Assembly: GCA_035650735.1 (NCBI GenBank)
Contig: DASRGZ010000081.1
Location: 1 to 52,222 of the forward strand
DNA from: Chthonomonadaceae bacterium
GTDB lineage: Bacteria; Armatimonadota; Chthonomonadetes; Chthonomonadales; Chthonomonadaceae
Length of the DNA stretch: 52,222 bases
Reading direction: 5' to 3'
The translations under genes were made by a program, and so were the position numbers. This document shows, piece after piece, positions 1 to 7,625 of this stretch. How positions within the stretch are numbered: position 1 is the first letter of the stretch; each line of letters begins with the position of its first letter. The notes under the pieces were generated by a model. It made no database searches. It was not told the origin of the DNA and saw only the letters and a program-made list of their open reading frames with translations.

Positions 1-190
1 CCGCCTTGCCACAGCCCTCCGCCTCGCGACACCTAGCGACCTCTACGGGGACACCACAGAGCTTATCGCAAGGGAGTGCCCGCGTAGGCGGGCACTGGGC
101 CGGAGGCCACCCAGCGAAGGGCTTTAGCCCGTCGAAAACAAAAGCCCGCCCGTGAACCTTGCAGGGAGAGGGTTGGGGTGAGGGTTGGGC
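1..190 (-). repeat. Modular REP/BIME-like intergenic repeat copy (reverse orientation, cut by window edge)
   Basis: CCACAGCCCTCCGCCT near position 9 is the reverse complement of AGGCGGAGGGCTGTGG at ~4448. Also contains a TGCCCGC-GTAG-GCGGGCA hairpin and the GGGAGAGGG..GGGGTGAGGG module seen inverted at 45466 and 48842. Confidence 0.65.
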
Positions 191-662
191 CTTACAGCCA
201 AGTTGTGTTAGGGACTCTAAACACTCCCGCAGAATCAACGCCTGAAATCGTATGGCGTCCATCGCCGACACAAACCAGGGAACTCTACGCTTGATTCCGC
301 AGTCAATCAGGTTGTTGAACGCCCGTTTAATGGCCTTTGCCGGGTTCTTTTGCAAGATCGGCAACGTGGCAGGTCACATTGGGGGAGCGTGCACGTATCT
401 GTAGGATCCTGGAGATCAATGATAACGTGCTATAGACTTCTTGCCTCTGTCCTCTGAGACAATCCGAATCCTATCTCATCGGAACCGTTAAGGCAAGAGG
501 TCGAATAGATTTTGCGCCGCTTCCGGCGCGCCCAGGCGAACGGCCCATCGCCTATCGGATAATCCTAATTGAAATGGGGACGTGCGCTCCGCGTATTTCC
601 GGCCGTGAGGAGGACGAGGGAATTCCCGACGCCTCCGACCTTGAAAGAGACGGAGAGGACCC

Positions 663-2513
663 ATGGATCGTCATAACCGTATTTGGATTCTATCCTTAGG
701 TCTGGGCCTTCTGGTTGGAGGGGTGCTGATCGCCGGCTGCGCCCAGGAGCGTTCGGCACCGCCCACGACGCCGCCCGCAACCCCGACGGCGGCCGCGCCA
801 CCGCCCACGTCAGCGCCGCCTGCCACGGCCCCTGCCGCCCCGGCTGCGCCCGCAGCCCAAACGGCGGCTGCGCCCACGACGCCCACGACGCCCGCCGCCG
901 TTCATGCGCCGCAGACGTTTCGGCCCTATATCGTGGTGAATCAGCCGCCGCCCAAACCGGCGCATGTGACGCACCGGCATCGGCGGCTGCACCTGACCCG
1001 CTATCACCGGCGCTACTATCTGGCCGATGATACGGGCCGCTACTACGACATCGGCCGCGACCGCCGGGGGAATCTCTACCCGGCCTATCGCGACCCGGAC
1101 AGCGGAGCCTATCTGCCGCTCCATTACGACCCGGATCGCGACCGCTACTATCGCCTTGCGCGTGACGACGAGGGCCACTACTACCGCAACTATACGGATG
1201 AGCCCGACGACCGCTACTACCCGGACGAGGACGACTACTATTACCATCGCCGACGCTACTATCATGCCGAGGACGACTATTACGATCAGGACGACCGGCC
1301 CGTCATTACCGCGCCGCATCACTCCAGCAATCGGGACGCCTGGCTGCTGGCCATCCCGGTGCTGATCGCCGCCTACTTTCTGCTGCGGCCCCGGCACCAC
1401 AATCCGCCCACGCCGGTCACGCAAACGCGCACTGTGATCGTGCGGCCCGCCCCGCAGCCGACGCCGCCTCCGGTGAACGTGATCGTGATGCCGCCGTCGC
1501 CACAGCCTTCCAGGCCGCCGGTGGTTGTCAGGCCCGTGCAGCCGACACCGCGCCCGACGACGGTAGTCGTGGTTCCGCCCACACGCGCCGCCGCTCCGCC
1601 TGTGCGTCGGCTCGCGGTGGCGCCGCGTCCGGTTGTGCGTGCGCCCGCGCGGCCCATTGTGCGCCCGGCCCCGCCACATCCGGCGATAGCGGCTCCTCCG
1701 CCTACGCGGGTGGTCCGGCGCTCTGTCCCGCCGCTACCTCACCCGGCTCCGGCCCTCCATCCGGCAGCGCCGCCGCCGGTAGCCCATGCAGTGGCGCCTC
1801 ATCTCCCGACGCGCGCCCCGGCACCGCCCGCCGTACATCCGGCCCCGCCACATCCTATCGCGCGCACTGTCCCGGCACATCCTGCACCGGCGCATGTGGT
1901 CGTGCGTCCGCCCATGCATCCTGCGCCGATAGTTCCGCGCGCGCAGCCAGCGCCCGTGCGGTCTGTAGCGCCTCCTCACCCGGCGGTTCGTTTCAGGGCT
2001 CATCGGACGCGGCGCCCCGTCGTGCGCGCCCCGGCGCGGCCCGTGCGGCCTATGGCGCCCCCAAAACCCGTACACCGCGCGGTGCCGGCGCATCCTCGCC
2101 CGCGCCCGGTAGTGCCTCCCCCACCGCGCAGGGTGGTCCGACCGGTTCCTCCGCCAGCTAGGGTGCTGCATCGCGCACCAGCCGCGCCGCGCGCCGTGCG
2201 TATCCATCCGGCAAAGCGTGCGCCTGTACGCCCGGCGCATGTTTACCGGACGCATCCCACGGTGGTGCGCCGATCTGTGCCGCAGATCGTGCGGCGCAAG
2301 CCGATAGTGACGGCGCGAACGCGTATCGTGGCCCATCCGACTCGCCCGGCGCCTCCCGTGCGGCTGCATGTCACGCGGCCCCCTGTCTCGTATCCAGGGC
2401 CGCCGGCCTATGGCGCCCGACGCAAATTCGGCCAGGCCCCGCCCATAGCCCGCGGACACTCTAAGGGGGAGAAGGAGGCAAGAAAAGCCGAGAAACACAA
2501 CGAAAAACACTAA
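663..2513 (+). CDS. Pro/Arg/His-rich predicted lipoprotein with Tyr/Asp-rich segment and internal TM helix (hypothetical)
   Basis: 616-aa ORF with RBS GGAGAGG, hydrophobic N-terminus ending in lipobox LIAG-C, TM segment AWLLAIPVLIAAYFLL and long low-complexity tail. Confidence 0.75.
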   Translation: MDRHNRIWILSLGLGLLVGGVLIAGCAQERSAPPTTPPATPTAAAPPPTSAPPATAPAAPAAPAAQTAAAPTTPTTPAAVHAPQTFRPYIVVNQPPPKPAHVTHRHRRLHLTRYHRRYYLADDTGRYYDIGRDRRGNLYPAYRDPDSGAYLPLHYDPDRDRYYRLARDDEGHYYRNYTDEPDDRYYPDEDDYYYHRRRYYHAEDDYYDQDDRPVITAPHHSSNRDAWLLAIPVLIAAYFLLRPRHHNPPTPVTQTRTVIVRPAPQPTPPPVNVIVMPPSPQPSRPPVVVRPVQPTPRPTTVVVVPPTRAAAPPVRRLAVAPRPVVRAPARPIVRPAPPHPAIAAPPPTRVVRRSVPPLPHPAPALHPAAPPPVAHAVAPHLPTRAPAPPAVHPAPPHPIARTVPAHPAPAHVVVRPPMHPAPIVPRAQPAPVRSVAPPHPAVRFRAHRTRRPVVRAPARPVRPMAPPKPVHRAVPAHPRPRPVVPPPPRRVVRPVPPPARVLHRAPAAPRAVRIHPAKRAPVRPAHVYRTHPTVVRRSVPQIVRRKPIVTARTRIVAHPTRPAPPVRLHVTRPPVSYPGPPAYGARRKFGQAPPIARGHSKGEKEARKAEKHNEKH

Positions 2514-2529
2514 AAGTGGATTCCACCGC

Positions 2530-2559
2530 TTGACAAGCAAGCCGTCCGGCGTGTATAAT
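2530..2559 (+). promoter_or_regulatory. Sigma70-type promoter for the T-box leader
   Basis: Perfect TTGACA (2530-2535), 18-nt spacer, TATAAT (2554-2559). Confidence 0.85.
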
Positions 2560-2712
2560 CTGCGCACGTCACCATTGCTTGCAAGCGCTCTGTAGGGCGC
2601 AGAAGAAGCAACAGATTTATTCTCACCCCGCGCGGGAGAAACCGGGCGAGACGCGATCTCACTTCCGGGGTAGTCCTTCTCTCTGCGCGGGGTGAACCGA
2701 GAACAACGTACA

Positions 2713-3005
2713 GCGTCGAGAAGGTGGAGTAAGCGGGCGGCGCGGTCCCAGCGAGCCGGGTTGGTGAGAGCCGGTACGAGCGAACCTGCCGAAATGGCCT
2801 TTGAGCTGCGTCCGTGAAAGGCTTGGGCCGAGTAAGGGACGCCGGGGGGCTCCCGTTACAGGGTTAGGGTGTCAGGCGGCGCTGCCGTACGCAGATGGAC
2901 CGCTGGCGCACCCGCTGAGGTCGCGTCCGCGAGGGCGCGGCGAAGACAGGTGGAACCACGAAGGCCTCAGCCTCTCGTCCTGTGCCGGGGACGAGAGGCT
3001 TTCTT
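2713..3005 (+). ncRNA. T-box riboswitch (transcriptional), specifier most likely AUG = Met
   Basis: Stem I with GA motifs, AGUA, AGCGAG bulge, GGUG apical loop and GAA-AUG-G specifier loop (2791-2797). Stem II CGUCC/GGACG with GAA/AGUA S-turn, then CCGUUA element. T-box ACAGG-UGGAACC-ACGA (2946-2961) pairs with UCGU-CCUGU as antiterminator, overlapping the terminator. Confidence 0.93.
2969..3005 (+). terminator. Intrinsic terminator of the T-box attenuator
   Basis: AGCCTCTCGTCC (2969-2980) / GGACGAGAGGCT (2989-3000) 12-bp stem followed by TTCTT. Confidence 0.88.
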
Positions 3006-3071
3006 GGTTTGGCGTAGAGGAGAATACAAGCGGACGTGGGGCGAGCGGTTACGCCCGCAGGAGGAAGGGGA

Positions 3072-4328
3072 ATGGCCAAAGTACTCGGATTGCGATGCCG
3101 GGAGTGCGGGGAGGAGTATCCCATCAGCCCGGTGCATGTGTGCGAGCTCTGTTTCGGGCCACTGGAGGTGGTGCTCAACTGGGAGGAGGTCGCGCCCAAA
3201 GTCTCGCGCGAAACCATCGCCGCCGGCCCGCCGTCCATGTGGCGCTATCACGATCTGCTGCCCGTCGAAGGCCCGCCCACCGTCGGCAAAAATGTCGGGT
3301 GGACGCCGCTGATCCGGGCGGAGCGGCTGGGCCGCGCGCTGGGCCTGAATAATCTCTATATCAAGAATGATGCCGTCAACCATCCGACCCTCTCCTTCAA
3401 AGATCGCGTGGTGGCCGTCGCGCTGACCAAAGCGCGCGAGTTCGGCTACGATACCGTCGCCTGCGCCTCCACCGGCAATCTTGCCAACTCCGTCGCCGCT
3501 CACGCTGCCGAGGGCGGCTTCCGCTCTTATGTCTTCATTCCGGCCAACCTGGAGCAGGGCAAGGTGCTGGGCACGCTCATCTATGGCACGAACGTGCTGG
3601 CCGTCAGCGGCAACTACGACGAGGTCAACCGCCTGTGCGCGGAGGCCGCCGGCAAGTACGGCTGGGGCTTCGTCAACATCAACCTGCGGCCCTTCTACGG
3701 CGACGGCTCCAAGACCTTCGGCTACGAGATCGCCGAGCAGCTGGGCTGGCGCGCGCCCGACCATGTCATCGTGCCGTGCGCGGGCGGCTCGCTCATCAGC
3801 AAGATCTACAAGGGCCTCAACGAGTTGAACCGGCTGGACCTGCTGGAAAACGGCGTGCCGACCCGGATGTATGCGGCGCAGGCAAAGGGTTGCTCGCCCA
3901 TCACCACCGCCATCAAGACCTGCGCCGACGTGTTCCGCCCCCAGAAGCCCGACACCATCGCCAAATCTATCGCTATTGGCAACCCGGCGGACGGCTACCT
4001 GGCAATGGAGACCGTGCGCAAGTCCGGCGGCTGGGCCGAGGACGTCACCGATGAGGAAGTCATCGAGGGCATCCGCCTGCTGGGCCGCACCGAAGGCATC
4101 TTCACCGAGACCGCCGGCGGCGTGACCGTCTCCGTAACCAAGAAGCTGGCCGAGCAGGGCCGCTTCCAGCCCGATGATGTCGTCGTCATCGCCATCACTG
4201 GCAACGGCCTCAAGACCCAGGAGGTCGTTGTTGGGCAGCTGGGCCGTCCTGTCGCCATCGAGCCGAACCTGGCTTCCCTGGATTCGGCGCTCAAGACCGA
4301 GAAATTGCTTGCAAGCGTGAATGCTTAA
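3072..4328 (+). CDS. thrC: Threonine synthase-like fold-type-II PLP enzyme (probably a sulfur-carrier-dependent O-phosphohomoserine sulfhydrylase)
   Basis: N-terminal CxxC..CxxC zinc ribbon, PLP lysine motif PTLSFKDR, ASTGNLA, ITGNGLK. ATG at 3072 after GGAGGAAGGGG. Confidence 0.9.
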   Translation: MAKVLGLRCRECGEEYPISPVHVCELCFGPLEVVLNWEEVAPKVSRETIAAGPPSMWRYHDLLPVEGPPTVGKNVGWTPLIRAERLGRALGLNNLYIKNDAVNHPTLSFKDRVVAVALTKAREFGYDTVACASTGNLANSVAAHAAEGGFRSYVFIPANLEQGKVLGTLIYGTNVLAVSGNYDEVNRLCAEAAGKYGWGFVNINLRPFYGDGSKTFGYEIAEQLGWRAPDHVIVPCAGGSLISKIYKGLNELNRLDLLENGVPTRMYAAQAKGCSPITTAIKTCADVFRPQKPDTIAKSIAIGNPADGYLAMETVRKSGGWAEDVTDEEVIEGIRLLGRTEGIFTETAGGVTVSVTKKLAEQGRFQPDDVVVIAITGNGLKTQEVVVGQLGRPVAIEPNLASLDSALKTEKLLASVNA

Positions 4329-4570
4329 CCTCACCCCTGGCGGCAGGCTAAACCCTGCCGCTGTGGGGCCTGCGGCCCGCTGCCCACCTACGTGGGCAGA
4401 AAAACCCTGGCTTCTCTTCTCCCCTCCCCTGTTGTTGGGGATCGCTAGGCGGAGGGCTGTGGCCAGGTGTGGCTAGGCGGAGGCGCGAACCATTGCAGCG
4501 CCGACCCGAGCAGGGGCCCGAGCCCTTGCAGGGCCGACCCTTGCAGTGGGTCGGAGGTGGGGGCCTTAAC
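4327..4570 (+). repeat. Modular REP/BIME-like intergenic repeat copy
   Basis: GCGGCAGGCTAAACCCTGCCGCTGTG (4340-4365) is identical to 37082-37107. GCCGACCC-[TT/GA]-GCAG tandem units are shared with 32940-33025. Confidence 0.75.
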
Positions 4571-4599
4571 CGGGGTGAGAGCCAAAATGGAGAAAGAAA

Positions 4600-4875
4600 A
4601 TGGCTGTTAACGTGCTGATTCCTACGCCGCTGCGGAAATATACCGATAATCAAGAGATGGTCACGGCCTCCGGGGACACCGTGGCCGCGCTGATCGCCGA
4701 CCTGGAGCGCCAATATTCCGGCATCGCCGCGCGCCTGACCGATGAGCAGGGCGAGCTGCGCCGTTTCGTGAATATCTACGTCAACGAGGAGGATATTCGC
4801 TTCCTGGAAGGGAAAGATACCCCCGTCAAGGACGGAGACACTGTTTCCATCGTCCCCGCCATCGCAGGAGGCTGA
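4600..4875 (+). CDS. MoaD/ThiS/CysO family ubiquitin-like sulfur carrier protein
   Basis: 91 aa with V.IPTPLR, LRRFVNIYVNEEDIRFL and C-terminal IVPAIAGG di-glycine. Confidence 0.95.
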   Translation: MAVNVLIPTPLRKYTDNQEMVTASGDTVAALIADLERQYSGIAARLTDEQGELRRFVNIYVNEEDIRFLEGKDTPVKDGDTVSIVPAIAGG

Positions 4876-5113
4876 TTTCCGCGCCGCACGCCGTTGCTGG
4901 CCCCGGATCGCCGCCTCCGGGCTTGCACGGCATGGCTGACGGTTTCCTGTGAGTTCGGCCCTTCTAATGTTTGCCTATCGAATGGGGTACTTCCAGGGCT
5001 AAGACCTGCCGAAATAAAGAATGAAAGGACATTCAGAGGCTTGCCGCCGGCAGCCTCGTCCTTTAGGGCCGGGCAGAAACCGATGGATGCTCCTCAGGAG
5101 GAGGCGCCCTCGA

Positions 5114-5647
5114 ATGCCTGTTGTTACCGTTGAATTGACCGCTGACAGCGATAGCGTAGGCCAGCCGATCATCTGGCGGCTCGGCAAGCTGTTTAACGTC
5201 GTCACCAATATCCGCCGCGCCCGCGTGACCGAAGACTACGGCCACGTGGCGCTCACCCTGGAAGGCTCCACCGGCGAAGTCGAGCAGGCCGCCAACTACC
5301 TGCGCTCTCTTGGCCTGCTCAAAGACACCGACGCTTCCGCTCCCTCTGCGCCGAGCAGCGCCGCTCCCCCGGAAGAGGCCATCCCGCGCCCCAGCAGCAT
5401 CTACGTGCGCCTCAGCACGGTCAACGCCGCGCAGGGGCAGACGCCGTTGCTGTACCGGGTGGGCAAGGATTTTAATGTCGTCGTCAACCTGGAGCGCGCC
5501 GCTTTCGACGACGAAGAGGGGGGATGGGTGGAAATCACCATCTCCGGGCCGCTATCGGAGGTGCAGCGTGCCATCGCCTTCCTGCATACCACCGGCCTCC
5601 ACGTCAACCCACGCCAGCGCTCCGTGACCGATTACGGAAACTTGTGA
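5114..5647 (+). CDS. Tandem (double) NIL-domain protein
   Basis: Two repeats of the NIL signature (QPIIWRLGKLFNVVTNIRRA..G...L.LEG and TPLLYRVGKDFNVVVNLERA..GGWVEITISG) joined by an Ala/Pro/Ser linker. ATG 5114 after AGGAGGAGG. Confidence 0.85.
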   Translation: MPVVTVELTADSDSVGQPIIWRLGKLFNVVTNIRRARVTEDYGHVALTLEGSTGEVEQAANYLRSLGLLKDTDASAPSAPSSAAPPEEAIPRPSSIYVRLSTVNAAQGQTPLLYRVGKDFNVVVNLERAAFDDEEGGWVEITISGPLSEVQRAIAFLHTTGLHVNPRQRSVTDYGNL

Positions 5648-5792
5648 CGAGTCTGACAGCCCCGCCGGAAACTGTGGTCCGACATTGAGCCTTCGAGAGG
5701 CAGCCACGTTTTCATGGGGCGCTACCGATCAATCTTTCCCAGCGAGCAAAACGGAGCAAGTGTCCACCCGCACGATTACGGAAACTTGTGAC
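5629..5792 (+). repeat. 20-bp exact direct repeat duplicating the NIL gene 3' end
   Basis: CGATTACGGAAACTTGTGAC at 5629-5648 and 5773-5792. Confidence 0.85.
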
Positions 5793-5831
5793 CAATCTCT
5801 CCGGCGAGAGTAGTAAGGGCTGTAATCACCT

Positions 5832-6869
5832 ATGCATGTCTCCTTCCTTCCCTACCTGGTAGACCCGGCGACGCAGGAACCGCTGCAATTGGCGGTCGAA
5901 AAGCGTGAGGGGGATATTATCCTGGAGGGAACCCTGTATTCCTCCTCCCATCGCTATCCTATTGTGCGCGGCATCCCGCGCTTTGCTGGCTACAACGAGT
6001 CGGCCAACTACGCCCGTTCCTTTGGCTATCAGTGGCAGAAGTGGTCCCGCGTACAGTTTGAAAGCGAGAATCGGGGCAGGCACATGGAGGGTCATACGCT
6101 GCGCATGTGGGAAAGAATCACCGGCATCGAAACCCAGGACTTGCACGGGGCCGTGATCGCCGATTTTGGCTGTGGGCCGGGTCGGTTTATCGAGATCGTC
6201 CGGATGAAGAACGGCAAGGCAATTGGGCTGGACCTGAGCGAGGCTGTGGAAGCGGCGGCAGAAAACTTCCAGGGCGACCCCAACGTGCTCATCTGCCAGG
6301 CCGACGTCTTGAATCCTCCGATTCGTACCCGCTCGGTAGACGGCGCATTTTCTATCGGGGTTTTCCACCATACGCCCGATCCGGCGGGAGGCTTTGCGGC
6401 CATGGCCCGGACGGTGCGGCCCGGCGGATGGACGGCGGTGTGCGTCTATGGCAAGGGAGGTTACTACGATTTCCCGACCGTGACGCTCTACCGCAAGCTG
6501 TTCAAGCTGCTCTGGCCGATCTGCAAGCACTATGCTCCGCTGATCTACGCCCACCTGACCGTCTATCTGCTCAGTCCCATCGCCCGCATCCCGCTGGTGG
6601 GCAAGCTGGTGAAAGGGTTCTTTCCCTTCATCTGCCTGCCGGATGTGCGCTGGTCCATCCTGGATACCTTCGATAGCGTCACGCCCTCCTACCAATCGGC
6701 CCACGAGGCTTACGAAGTCTTCCAGTGGCTGAAAACGAACGGCCTGGTGGAGATAGAAACGAGCAACTGGGGCTTTGCCACCTATAACGGCCGCATACCG
6801 GAATGCGAAGTCGCTGTGGTTCCCTGTGCGGAACAGACGGCCACAGCAGCCCGCGCCGGCGCCCGATAA
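5832..6869 (+). CDS. Class I SAM-dependent methyltransferase with N-terminal Trm112-like domain
   Basis: LVDPATQEPL...YPIVRGIPRF (Trm112-like), SFGYQW, DFGCGPG SAM motif I, SIGVFHHTPDP, LDTFD. Confidence 0.88.
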   Translation: MHVSFLPYLVDPATQEPLQLAVEKREGDIILEGTLYSSSHRYPIVRGIPRFAGYNESANYARSFGYQWQKWSRVQFESENRGRHMEGHTLRMWERITGIETQDLHGAVIADFGCGPGRFIEIVRMKNGKAIGLDLSEAVEAAAENFQGDPNVLICQADVLNPPIRTRSVDGAFSIGVFHHTPDPAGGFAAMARTVRPGGWTAVCVYGKGGYYDFPTVTLYRKLFKLLWPICKHYAPLIYAHLTVYLLSPIARIPLVGKLVKGFFPFICLPDVRWSILDTFDSVTPSYQSAHEAYEVFQWLKTNGLVEIETSNWGFATYNGRIPECEVAVVPCAEQTATAARAGAR

Positions 6870-7009
6870 CCTATCCGAAGCCTGACCCTCCGCTTTGTCC
6901 TGCTTGGCGCTCCACCGCATTTGCGGTGGAGCGCCCTATCTTTGGGGCCAGAGCCTAGCACAGCGCGTTCTTGAGGATAATGCGAATGAACTGCGGCGGG
7001 CGGGTGGCA

Positions 7010-7561
7010 TTAGGGGGCAACGAAACATTGCGGTACGCGCTCCTCGACTTGCCGGACGTGCCGCTCTGTATGGGCCGTCATTATCTCCAGGCAGTCCGCT
7101 AGGTTCATGCGGATCACCCGGACGAACGGGTTGCGTACCGGCGCGCTACTGAGGTCTACGCCGGCAGCCTGATCCAGCAGCGAGAGCAGTTGGGTCTGCT
7201 GCTGCTGCCACTCCGCAAGCACCTCAAGCCAGGTCGGCACAGGGCGAGGGTGCAGAATCTTGGGGGCGGGCGCGTTGCCTCTGGGGCCGGCGGCCTTGAT
7301 AAGCAGCCTACCGAAGAAGCTGTGGCGGATCGGAGGGTCGCCTGTGCACCGCCCTGCGCCCGCCAGGCCGCCCTGTATCGTCTGAAGGTAGGGTCGGTTG
7401 GCAAGCACCATATGTTCGACGACCTGCGCAGGACTCCACGTGCGCGGGTCAGGATGCCGGTTCAGCGACTCGTCGTCGAGGTCGCGCGTGGCGCGGACGA
7501 GGCGGCCCAGCAGCGCTTCGTTCCGTGTTCTCCAATCTACAAGGCTCTCTGAGCACTTCAT
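7010..7561 (-). CDS. DinB/YfiT family four-helix metalloprotein
   Basis: WSPAQVVEH and H..RH..Q metal-binding motifs. Confidence 0.85.
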   Translation of the reverse strand: MKCSESLVDWRTRNEALLGRLVRATRDLDDESLNRHPDPRTWSPAQVVEHMVLANRPYLQTIQGGLAGAGRCTGDPPIRHSFFGRLLIKAAGPRGNAPAPKILHPRPVPTWLEVLAEWQQQQTQLLSLLDQAAGVDLSSAPVRNPFVRVIRMNLADCLEIMTAHTERHVRQVEERVPQCFVAP

Positions 7562-7625
7562 CTGTTTATCCCACGCACTCCTGCTTGCCGGCCCTGTTTT
7601 TTACAGCGTGAGACGGAGCGAGGGC

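Noticed and set aside
436..660. Inverted repeat GACTTCTTGCCT/AGGCAAGAGGTC and possible riboswitch upstream of the lipoprotein
   Set aside because: Could not match c-di-GMP, c-di-AMP, SAM or other aptamer consensus by eye.
2781..2790. Alternative T-box specifier GAA-CC-UGC (Cys) or ACC (Thr)
   Set aside because: CCUGC is needed to pair with GCGGG directly above the AGUA motif, which places the specifier loop at the next GAA. Kept only as a caveat.
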